Source: Ylistrum balloti
Lineage: Eukaryota
DNA length: 64,000 bases
NCBI RefSeq assembly: GCF_031769215.1
Contig: NW_026783057.1
Span: 1 to 64,000 of the forward strand
Direction of reading: 5' to 3'
Shown: piece by piece, positions 40,470 to 52,600 of the stretch
How positions within the stretch are numbered: position 1 is the first letter of the stretch
Layout: each line of letters starts with the position of its first letter
Made by a program: the position numbers and the translations under genes
Notes under the pieces: model-generated
What the model was told of the DNA's origin: nothing
The model's input: only the letters and a program-made list of their open reading frames with translations
Databases searched by the model: none

Positions 40470-43400
40470 TTATAATCCATGTTCTTTTCGTTTTTCTTTG
40501 CCTTTTAATATAGCCTGTTTGAAAAGGCTACAATACAGTTCAATGGATGTTAATGTATCATCATTTCCTGGAACAGGGTAAGTGATGATCCTTGGATCCG
40601 AGTTGGTATCCACTATTCCTATCGTAGGAATCATCATCTTCGCACTTTCAACGATGGCAGTATGTTGTTCAAATACAGTGTTTGATGTACTGAGGAAAAT
40701 ACAAGTGTCAGGCAGACGTGTGACAGAGCCAAACTGCTGTATAGCATTGGTAAAGGTTCCGCCCCGCCAGTATCTACAGTGACTGTACTCGCCTGCTTCC
40801 TCTGCTGTCTTCTCCACCAAGGGCATACTCAATGCCTGTCTTGTAAGGAATAAAATGACACCTCCTCTATATGCTATGTGTGCTAGAAAATTTAATGCTA
40901 TTTCCATGTTATCGACTGTCTGTTTAAGATCCAAAATATCAACTCCCATCCTGCTACCATATATGTAGGGCACCATGTATTCATTACGAACTCCTGATTT
41001 ATGACCATAATGAACACCTGCTTCAAAAAGTTCCTCCACTTTTATCAATTTTTTCACATCAAAGTAGTCATCATGCTTTAATGGATTGTCAATAATTTTG
41101 TCTGAAAAAAAAATAGTAAATTTGAAACAAGAAATCAAAAAAAAAAACAAAAAAACACCAGTACTTAATACATCAAATAAAATCAATTGGAACCATACAA
41201 AGATTTTTTTTATCTTTTGGACAGAAACATGCCTCAGTAAGTTTTCATAACAAGTACGGTATATTGCATTGAATGCAAATAAGTTTGAGATGTGTTTCAT
41301 CTTTGCTACAGCCAAGGTCATTTGTAGATGACGGAATCATTTATGGACACTTTTAGAGTGCCATCACACTGTCCTAACTGCTCATTCAAAGCTGAATACA
41401 AAGCAGAGAGCAGTAAGTACATGCCTAAATCAGGGGACAGAACTCCTACTCTTCTTTGATTTAGAAAGTGGATGCTCATTATCAACACAAAAGACACAAA
41501 GCAAGGTATAGCCTTGTTATGCTTTAAGGTTCAATCAGAGAAAACAAAAGATCCCTGAGGATTCAGGGAGTACTTCTCCAGAAATGACAATAACAAGAAT
41601 TATTAATGAACAGAGGGACAGATGATGGACTGTGACAAAGGAAATTTTGAACAGCCCACCATCTGATGATTCATGTAAAGGAAACAGTGATTACATTCTG
41701 TACATGCATGCCCTATCTCTATATTCAAGGCAGGAATGAATTTGAGATTCTCTTGATGATGTCAACATTTATTCATGCTGTCTGTAATGTCATGACATGT
41801 TTTCTTCAATATTCATTCAGCAATAAACCTATGTCCATGCATCTCATAATCCTTTAGTAAGTGTATCAACTCATTCAGAATTAGTATGTTAGCTCTGTTC
41901 TCTTGACTTACACAGCACAAATAAGGTACATATCAATATACTATTTTTGCAACTTCATGGATATATATAGATGTACCACAATTATATAGCCCAAGTTTTT
42001 TCGGACATACACCAAACATCTCTTTACAGGGCTCAACAGCAGATTCTTCACTATTCCAACAGACATGTACAGCATGCAGGAATCTCTGTTACAATGTCTA
42101 ACTTCTGGTATTGAGGCAAGAGAAAACTCAGGTTGAGAGAAAACTCAGGTTAATTACTCAACTATTAAGTGATATTCATCACATGATTAAAAAATTACTG
42201 TTGTGATTACAAACATTGTACCAAATATCTGCCACTATGATAATATACATTCTTTCAACATGTAGGATTTTTCATTCACATATAATACATTGTATCAGGT
42301 AATTCTCAACCTATCAAATTTCTTAGAGGTTGACCAGAAACAAAATTTTAAAATTCAGAGCATTTTAAAAATACACTGTAAATCAATTAATAACATAAAT
42401 TACATATAGACACAAGTAGATACACACTTCCTCATGGTTTATTTGGAGAAAGGAAACACAAACCAGCCATTCTTCCATTAACATTATCACTATTAGTGAC
42501 AACAACAGCTTAAAAATTTCAGCGTGACACCCTTAAACCCCATCCCTGTAACCTTGTCAAGATCATTTTGTTACCTTGGTTATCAGCTTCTTGTGTCAGT
42601 GGAATCTGTTGCTTTACTTGGTTGGCACAGAACAGTCTGCGACTGCCCTGGCAAGTAATTGGAGAGTCCCATGAAACTTTGTTTGACCTCCTCCTCACGA
42701 GAGACTGTACTGGACAACTTGCAGCTTTGGGGTCTAGTAGACAAAATCAAAAGTCATGACACTTACCCTGCTAAATATGTACATATATAATAATCTTCTG
42801 GGTAATGTTCAGTACTTGAAATCTTAAAGGCCCCTCCAGCAGAAAAGTAACCTATTAATAACTAGGTACAATCACATAACCATTAATTTGCACAAACATA
42901 ATGTACATAAATATTCTATTTGTTTTCTCATGTAAATCAAAGAATTGGGAGCTCTATTATAAATGTTAATTGTTAATGTACAATGAAAATAGGAGGAATT
43001 TTATCCGATACATATTCATGAATCTTAGAACCATATTATGTAAAGCCAGTGCCAGACGCTAAATGCTCTATGTGAATTGCTTTATACCAAATATTGAATG
43101 CAAAATGCTTCATGTAAACTGCTTTAATTTTGATTTCAAGATGACCTCAAGTCATAAGAAAACATCTGTCTCTTTGCACGTAATAAATGTTAAGATAACT
43201 TATGTTGCCATACTGACAATATATAAATGTTAGATAACTTATGTTGCCATACTGACAATATATAATTGTGAAGAGTTGTTTCCATTTATTATGTTTGGGA
43301 AATTCTACATAATTGAATACTTAATGCTTTATTTTGAATCCGTACTGTGATATGCTTCATGCAAAATGTTTACAATGTAAAGAACTTTTTTATGAAGCAG

Positions 43401-44345
43401 GCCAAATAATTTGAAATGCTGAATGCTCTACAGGCAACCATGGATGATGGGCACTAGTCCTGCAGATGAGGGAAAGTTACAGCTTTGATTAATCAATTAG
43501 TTACTCAAATGCAGGGTAATTTTGAAATGGAAACACATGTTACAGGAGCCAAAAAATGCATGACCAGACCGGGTTCAAAACCAAGACCTTCCAAACTCTA
43601 GACAGATGCTCTGCCTACTGAGCTAACTGGTTGCTGACAATTGATCCCGTCCAGTTCAATTACACACATTGAGTTCCAACTTCATTGTTTATCAACTATG
43701 TTTTAGAGAACACATGTAAATTCATGCTCATCTATGACATTTACACTAAATGCTCCCATTGGCATTATACACTGCAGTCAATGGAGAACAGAGTATGTAA
43801 ATAAATTGTACACTATTGGGTAACAGAAATTAATATTTCTAATGCTACAGGTTTGGCATAGCTCATCTATTATTTGTAGCTCTACGATCCCTGATAAAAT
43901 TACTTCATAATCAATACATTTCAAAGTAAGTATTTCGCATAAGGGGTTCGCATTAAACAATTTGTATGAAGTATTTCGCATTCAGCATTTCGCACGAAAC
44001 AATTTGCATGTTGTAACGGCTTCCATATTTTATAAACAAGTGGTCAAAGTTGGTTGGTTGATAGGTTTTCCGTCTCCACGCTCCTCCCGTTGTCGTTATC
44101 GTCTCACCAACGAACGTAAGTGGTCAGTGTGTGGTCAAAACGTTTGGACAGTAAATTATATTACTACAGGATTCACTTATTAGGACAGAAACAAGTTTGA
44201 GACCGTGAGGATCAGTAACTGTTGCATGAAAAAAAGTAAGATCATAAAAATAAGATTATAATGTGTATATCCAAAACGTACCTGATATCTTATTGATCAG
44301 CCTATTTCTAGCTAATGTCACGACTTTGCCTCTGAGCGCAGCCAT
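40470..44345 (-). CDS. MRPS2: Mitochondrial small-subunit ribosomal protein uS2m, 284 aa, 3 exons
   Basis: Exons 44282-44345, 42575-42733, 40470-41101. Phase 1/1, 855 nt. Arg-rich transit-like N-terminus, S2 motifs LFEAGVHYGHK, YWRGGTFTN, RLPD, IPTIGIVDTNSDP and YPVPGNDD. Confidence 0.95.
43545..43632 (-). mobile_element. tRNA-derived SINE head in MRPS2 intron 1
   Basis: Minus strand CCAGTTAGCTCAGTAGGCAGAGC (A box) ... GGTTTTGAACCC (degenerate B box). No intact cloverleaf, so not called as a tRNA gene. Confidence 0.55.
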
Positions 44346-45555
44346 GTTGTTTGCAAACCGGATATACAATTTTCAAGTGGCGCGTTCGTACAAGTACCGT
44401 GGTAGTGCATCATGTCGCTTTCGTTAATATGGTTGAGCCGTTCCAGGTGGGACAGAAATATTCGGCATTCCTCTTAAATAACAATATTTAATAAAATTAC
44501 AATGATGTAACAACTAAAACGTTGCATATTTTATTGTGAATCCATTTTCGTCAAAAATGTAATGAGTAACTAAGCATAAGCGTGGAAATTATTTTTACTA
44601 TTATTTTCGCTATTTTCGTTGGAATGTCATTCTAGGCCCTTATTGTCTGTCAAGCTTATCGCTATACAAATTGATAAAAAAGGCCGATTTAACATCGGAA
44701 TATTTCCGACCATTTCACCCTAGCTTGCTTCAGACCAAATTTGGACAGAGAGCATCATCTCAACAGAAGAAGGATTTTAAAACCTTTCTCTATTTCCGCA
44801 ATTTGGCCCTGGACAGCCCCCTCAGACCCCGGGAGCTGGACCCTCCATTTATACTGAATTGTTTCTCCTTCACCCTAGGATACTTCAGACTAATGTCAAA
44901 TAAGGACATTGTTCAAAGATACCTTCATAACAGAAGATTTGAAAATACAGGGTCCGCGATCCACCGTTTACTTCCCTTCACAAAAATATATTTCAGACCA
45001 ATACAACTTTGGAGAAAGCCCAGTCATTTCCGCGGATATAGGACGTTTAGTTTGCCGAGTTTCTCCCTTTGTGCTAGGCCCCTAGAGGTCGAGACCTGCC
45101 ATTCAAACCAACCAATCTAATGGAAACATACGACCGCCATACTCATGATTTCTATAACTCTGTATTTCTATGTTTTGTTTACATTTTTCAATTTTCATGT
45201 TTCAAATTGTCTATTTTCCGATGTTTATATCAGTATTCGCATATTGCAAATGTTACAAATCTATTTTTGTACACATAAGTTTATATATTTCTATGCTAGT
45301 ATTCAAGTATTTTTCATTTTTTCCGTTTAGAATATTGTATCTTCGAACTTATTTCTTTTCGTTTTTAAATCACTGTGTTGTGTTCCAACTGAATGAAGTC
45401 CCAACTATGAAGATACTTGTTGTAAAAACAGTAGTTAACCTGTATTTTGACACTAAAAAGCTACGTTCTCAACTGAACATGACTGACAGTGAGGTACCAC
45501 AAGTGGTACTACACGGTGTTCCTTACCCCCATATCAATCAACTTCAGGTAAGCTC

Positions 45556-46279
45556 TGTTGCACAATACACACAACATTAACGAGTTAATTAAAGTGATCG
45601 TATAGTGTTTATTATCTTACAAGTCATGTCGCTGTACATAGTCCATACATCATGTACGCCTCACTCTCAGGCCACGCTCCCCGAGAGCGTCCGGTCAGCT
45701 CTCCCACTCTCGAATTGTACCCTCTGAGAGCCCTATCTCAAAAGCTTCCAGACCCTAGTCTGTCTACCTAATATCCCCCAAAACATAGCGAGAACAGAGA
45801 GAAGAACATGTGTCTAATTGTTGATGTTATTGACCATCGGTATCTAATTGATGCAATTATTGACCATCAATCTCCATGAATGACAATAAACACTCCGCTC
45901 AAACTCGCGGACTCGAGAATATAATTAATAAATTCAAATTTCATCTTATTAACCTGCCAGTGACCAATACTATAAGAGAGATAAATAGACTACGCCACTG
46001 TTAAACTATCAAACCTCTCAACCCAATATTGAGATTGATGCATGTGAACGTCCATTTGGAATTTAGAGAATCTATATTTGATATAATTATCCTTCTCTCT
46101 GCTTAACTGTAACAGTACATTGAACTTCTAACTTATCTAAAACATGTTCCAATATATGAAGAAAATATAATCAATATAATCCCTCCACCACAAAGATATA
46201 TAATTAACTAACACTGATTACCACCAATTAATTATCTTAAAATAATTAATTATCTTAATTTTACGGCTATTTTGTCACA
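45556..46279 (-). mobile_element. Solo LTR (Ty3/Gypsy-like), 724 bp
   Basis: TG...CA termini, 4-bp TSD GCTC at 45552-45555 and 46280-46283, and a minus-strand AATAAA about 55 nt before its 3' end. Confidence 0.75.
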
Positions 46280-46637
46280 GCTCTTTCGTTGTCTACGTTA
46301 TTATAGAACTAGTTTTTTGACACACAAGGATAGTACCTTGTCCCGTAATTCGCTCATTGTATAGTATACGTATGATAGTGCTCGCCTTGTATGGTGGGAT
46401 ATCATTCCTCCTTTGCGTTCTGTATTCTTCGCTTCAAAACGACAGTGGCTGATGAACCCAACAAACAACAAAGAACTTGGTTATGTTAAAATATCTTTCA
46501 CCAAATCATTATATTGACATGTGATATGTGAAGACAGAAAAATTGTGCGAATATGTCTGACATCATCAATTAAATCGAACACAATGCATCTAACATTTTA
46601 CTTCCGACAGGCTTTACGTTGAAGCTACCATCGTTGT

Positions 46638-49600
46638 TCACTTTTCCGAGAAAGGCATATCTGAATTCCCCGGACTCTTTTCGGACTTTCTCTTCAGGCA
46701 CATCGGTCGTTTGTTTAATGACACATCACGTATCAGATTGATAAACAAACTGTATTCTTCCGTGTGGTTATACACGTTAGCAGAAAGACGGACATAAAGG
46801 TTGTCAAGGACACAGAATATTTGTACTTGTATATCGTGTTCATAAAATAGATCGTCCATCAGACGGTAAGCTTCGGCCTGTAACATAACATAAACATCAA
46901 AACAATACGCTGTCTAATACATGGTTCACTTCGGCATTTCACATAACATGAACACAAAAAAGCTGTCCAACACACGGTTCACTTCGGCATGTATCATAAC
47001 ATAAACATCAAAACAATAAGCTGTCCAACACACGGTTCACCTCGGCCTGTAACATAACACAAACATCAAAACAATAAGCTGTCCAACACACGGTTCACTT
47101 CGGCCTGTGACATAAACATCAAAACAAGAAGCTGTCCAACACACAGTTCACTTCGGCCTGTGACATAACATAAACATCCAAACAATAAGCTATCCAACAC
47201 ACGGGACACTTCGGCCTGTGACATAAACATCAAAACAATAAGCTGTCCAACACACGGTTCAATTCGGCCTTTAACATAACATAAACATCAAAACAATAAG
47301 CTATCTAACACACGGTTCACTCTGGCCTGTATCATAACATAAACATCAAAACAATAAGCTGTCCAACACACGGTTCACTTCGGCCTGTAACATAACATAA
47401 ACATCAAAACAATAAGCTGTCCAACACACGGTTCACTTCGGCCTGTAACATAACATAAACATCAAAACAATAAGCTGTCCAACACACGGTTCACTTTGGC
47501 CTGTGACATAACATAAACATCAAAACAATAAGCTGTCCAACACACTGTTCACTTCGGCCTGTAACATAACATAAACATCAAAACAATAAGCTGTCCAACA
47601 CACGGTTCACTTCGGCCTGTGACATAACATAAACATCCAAACTATAAGCTATCCAACACACGGTTCACTTCGGCCTGTAACATAACATAAACATCAAAAC
47701 AATAAGCTGTCCAACACACGGTTCACTTCGGCCTGTGACATAAACATCAAAACAATAAGCTGTCCAACACACGGTTCACTTCGGCCTGTAACATAACATA
47801 AACATCAAAACAATAAGTTGTCCAACACACGGTTCACTTCGGCCTGTAACATAACATAAACATCAAAACAATAAGCTGTCCAACACACGGTTCACTTCGG
47901 CCTGTGACATAAACATCAAAACAAGAAGCTGTCCAACACACAGTTCACTTCGGCCTGTGACATAACATAAACATCCAAACAATAAGCTATCCAACACACG
48001 GGACACTTCGGCCTGTGACATAAACATCAAAACAATAAGCTGTCCAACACACGGTTCAATTCGGCCTTTAACATAACATAAACATCAAAACAATAAGCTA
48101 TCTAACACACGGTTCACTCTGGCCTGTATCATAACATAAACATCAAAACAATACGCTGTCTAATACATGGTTTACTTCGGCCTGTAACATAACATAAATA
48201 TCAAAACAATACGCTCTCTAATACATTGTTCACTTCGGCATTTAACATAACATGAACACAAAAAAGCTGTCCAACACACGGTTCACTTCGGCATGTATCA
48301 TAACATAAACATCAAAACAATAAGCTGTCCAACACACGGTTCACCTCGGCCTGTAACATAACATAAACATCAAAACAATAAGTTGTCCAACACACGGTTC
48401 ACTTCGGCCTGTAACATAACATAAACATCAAAACAATAAGCTGTCCAACACACGGTTCACTTCGGCCTGTGACATAAACATCAAAACAATAAGCTGTCGA
48501 ACACACGGTTCACTTCGGCCTGTAACATAACATAAACATCAAAACAATAAGCTGTCTGACACACGGTTCACTTCGGCCTGTAACATAACATAAACATCAA
48601 AACAATAAGCTGTCCAACATACGGTTCACTTCGGCCTGTAACATAACATAAACATCAAAACAATAAGCTGTCCAACATACGGTTCCCTTCGGCCTGTAAC
48701 ATAACATAAACATCAAAACAATAAGCTGTCCAACACACGGTTCACTTCGGCCTGTAACATAACATAAACATCAAAACAATAAGCTGTCCAACACACGGTT
48801 CACTTCGGCCTGTGACATAAACATCAAAACATTAAGCTGTCCAACACACGGTTCACTTCGTCCTGTAACATAACATAAACATCAAAAGAATAAGCTGTCT
48901 GACACACGGTTCACTGCGGCCTGTGACATAAACATCAAAACAATAAGCTGTCCAACACACGGTTCACTTCGGTCTGTGACATAAACATCAAAACAATAAG
49001 CTGTCCAACACGCGGTTCACTTCGGCCTGTGACATAAACATCAAAACAATAAGCTATCCAACACACGGTTCACTTCGGCCTGTTACATAACATAAACATC
49101 AAAACAATAAGCTATCTGACACACGGTTTACCTAGGCCAGTGTCATAACATAAACATCAAAACAATAAGCTGTCCAACACACGGTTCACTTCGGCCTGTA
49201 ACATAACATAAACATCAAAACAATAAACTGTCCAACACACGGTTCACTTCGGCCTGTGACATAAACATCAAAACAAGAAGCTGTCCAACACACGGTTCAC
49301 TTCGGCCTGTGACATAAACATCAAAACAAGAAGCTGTCCAACAAACGGTTCACTTCGGCCTGTGACATAACGTAAACATCCAAACTATAAGCTATCCAAC
49401 ACACGGTTCACTTCGGCCTGTAACATAACATAAACATCAAAACAATAAGCTGTCCAACACACGGTTCACTTCGGCCTGTGACATAAACATCAAAACAAGA
49501 AGCTGTCCAACAAACGGTTCACTTCGGCCTGTGACATAACGTAAACATCCAAACTATAAGCTATCCAACACACGGTTCACTTCGGCCTGTAACATAACAT

Positions 49601-52600
49601 AAACATCAAAACAATAAGCTGTCCAACACACGGTTCACTTCGGCCTGTGACATAAACATCAAAACAAGAAGCTGTCCAACAAACGGTTCACTTCGGCCTG
49701 TGACATAACGTAAACATCCAAACTATAAGCTATCCAACACACGGTTCACTTCGGCCTGTAACATAACATAAACATCAAAACAATAAGCTGTCCAACACAC
49801 GGTTCACTTCGGTCTGTGACATAAACATCAAAACAATAAGCTGTCCAACGCACGGTTCACTTCGGCCTGTAACATAACATAAACATCAAAACAATAAGCT
49901 GTCCAACACACGGTTCACTTCGGCCTGTAACATAACACAAACATCAAAACAATCAGCTGTCCAACACACGGTTCACTTCGGCCTGTAACATAACATGAAC
50001 ATAAAAAGCTATCCAACACACGGTTCACCTCGGCCTGTAACATAACATGAACATCAAAACAATAAGCTGTCCAACACACGGTTCACTTCGGCCTGTGACA
50101 CAACATAAACATCAAAACAATAAGCTGTCTATTAGGCCTTCAAAACAACATAAAATACATCAGTTCTAAACTCAACAATAAGTCTTACATCAAACCTTCA
50201 ATCTCAACAAGTCGTGCAACAGGACGAACATATGACACAGTACTAACTACATATGAAGAAAGCACAGCTGTAGTAACCAACACATACGTACCGTCGTTAC
50301 GTCGTATAGGTCCATATGCGGCAATCTGATCATTTTCATACACGGTGCTTCCATGTCCCGAGGGATAGGTAATTTGCCAGTACCCCATTCCGTCACCATC
50401 CTGTCAGTTACGAGGTCCAATAGAGAGGAGTTGTACCCAGTTATGGCAGTCTGGCAAAAGCAAAGGAAATTTCGATTATATGCTAAATATATAGTGTAAC
50501 AGTAGAAATTTTGTCAAGATGGAATGGAATATTTTTTTTCAATCCTACCATTCCTCCGAGGTCCTCGTAGAATTTAAGAGCGTCTGTCACAGTTACATAA
50601 GCACAATCGTCACGTGTTCCCTGCATGAAGAATTCCATGGTAAACTCTTTCAGATAATACCACGAGGTGACTAATGGCCGAATCCAGGCGTGGTGTTCTC
50701 TCCTCACATACAAGAGAGCGCATCCTCTTGGTGTATACGCCCACTTATGTAGATTACCTGAAAATTTAATAATATTGACACATACATCATAGCTGCAATT
50801 AGTCCGAAGGATTCCGACTATCTATCCGCGAATTTATTTTCGTCTTGGTCGCAATCGATATTCAGAATTCAGAATACAAAAAAAACATTGGCTCGGGCCG
50901 GAGTTGGAATCCAGGCAGTTTTTTAAATTTAGTTTATAACAGCATGATAGTTACAAATCATATATCAATTGAAATGTAAAACCTTTTTCAGCGAACTTGC
51001 ATATGTGTTATGGCAAGCAATTTAATGACGAAAGCTGAGAATATCTCTAGATAGATTTGTTCTTGTCAACCTACCAAGAGTAAGCTCTCGCGAGATTGGC
51101 GGAAATATTAGGTTTACAAAAATAAGTCTAGAGAAAATCCGAACAGATTTTTCCCAATATGGCGGTCATTGTGGTGATAAACTGAACATATTACTATTTA
51201 AAGGGAAAAAATGGGCATGACTGGTTTTATATAAGCCTGGTTTATGGATTGATGTTCACATGGATACGTTTCCATAAAGTTATGTTTACATGTCAGAGGA
51301 GAATGTCTGCAGCGCAGTATTTGGTGGTGAAATGAACCCATAGTATCTTGTAACTTAGACACTTTATAAGGATAATCTGACTTACTGACCTGTGTAAAAG
51401 TCGGGATCCAGGTCCTTTAAATCGATAGGTACTTGCCCAGGCGCATGCGCACCATCTATCATGGACATGACATCATGTTCTCGACACAACTTGATGATTT
51501 TCTTAATAGGCATGACAACGGCGGTGGAGCTTGTAATGTGATCTATGGCGACAAAAATAATTTTTAAAGTCTCAAAACCTCAAATTCAAAATGACTGTAA
51601 ATACAAGGACACTTTTCGGACACGAAATGTAATCAAATGCTAGTATTCTCGGAAGAAATTGATGTATACATGTGAAATTTCGCAAACGAACTTTGTCCCG
51701 GAAGGATAAGAAAATTGGACTTACCTATAACTGCCAGCCGCACGTGCGGATGTGATGAGAGGAACTGCCTGTACTGTTCCACTACGTCATCCTCCGAGAT
51801 TATAGGGTAGTTGATGTCCATTTTGTAATACTGTGATCCTGAAATTGTCACGTCATTTAGACCATTCTAAGGTAACCATGTCCTTTGTGTTCGTACTTAC
51901 ATGTTGAAATTTCGTTTAATTTTATAGAGTTTCACATGGAAAATGCTTCCTTATTGGAAGTCGTTATGAATAGGTTTATAGCTCGTTGTAAAAATGTATT
52001 GTTTGAAACTAATTAAATAATGTTGATAATTTAATTATGACATCCACTTTTTCTTTAAAGAAAGATTTATTTTCCGTATTGTCAAAGAAGTATTCTGAAT
52101 ATATGACACCGCTAACGATACCACTATTGGCTGCTTTCGCGTGTTCGCACGTAAACTGAATTGCCGGATATGTGTTGTCTGTCGCTAGGATAGCATCATT
52201 CTCTTTAAAGTTTATCGACTTCAGTACAGTATTGACCCCTGAAAAACATATATACGTATGTCATAAATATTTAGGAACGTGTGATAATACAAAGCCCATT
52301 GTGAAGAAAATTATGACCTTTTAATTCTAGCAATTACACATCAGTAAATATTTTACAATAACCTTTGAGCTGATGTTATAGAGAATCAACACAAAAACAA
52401 TGATCACAACGATTGTATTGTGACCTTTGACCTGTTTTGGATGATGAGTAATTACTCTCACCTGTAGTTGCGTTCTGTACAAGGACAACATCTTCTGAAT
52501 CGGCGTTCACAAACGCGGCAATAGCGTCCCTCCCTTCCTTCCATTTACCGAGGTTGTTCCGACGGAACCAGTCGTCTGGGTGATCATCCATCTTGTCAAT

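Noticed and set aside
42767-42770. Possible 4-nt microexon (AG|CAGG|GTAAGT) before MRPS2 exon 2
   Set aside because: The following intron would be only 33 nt and inclusion would shift the frame.
43545-43632. Functional tRNA gene
   Set aside because: The B box is degenerate and the acceptor and anticodon stems do not pair. Treated as a SINE head.
44050-45550. Plus-strand donor-like sites (GAAC|GTAAGT near 44115; CAG|GTAAGC near 45548) suggesting an antisense gene at the MRPS2 promoter
   Set aside because: No coherent exon chain or recognisable coding frame could be built. It needs RNA evidence.
46878-50130. Long regular arrays as CRISPR candidates
   Set aside because: Units are head-to-tail with no unique spacers, there are no cas genes, and the DNA is spliceosomal eukaryotic.
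51398-51425. TTAAAGGACC... resembling a Kolobok terminus
   Set aside because: It lies inside coding exon 5 of the lyase (LKDLDPDF) and has no partner TIR.
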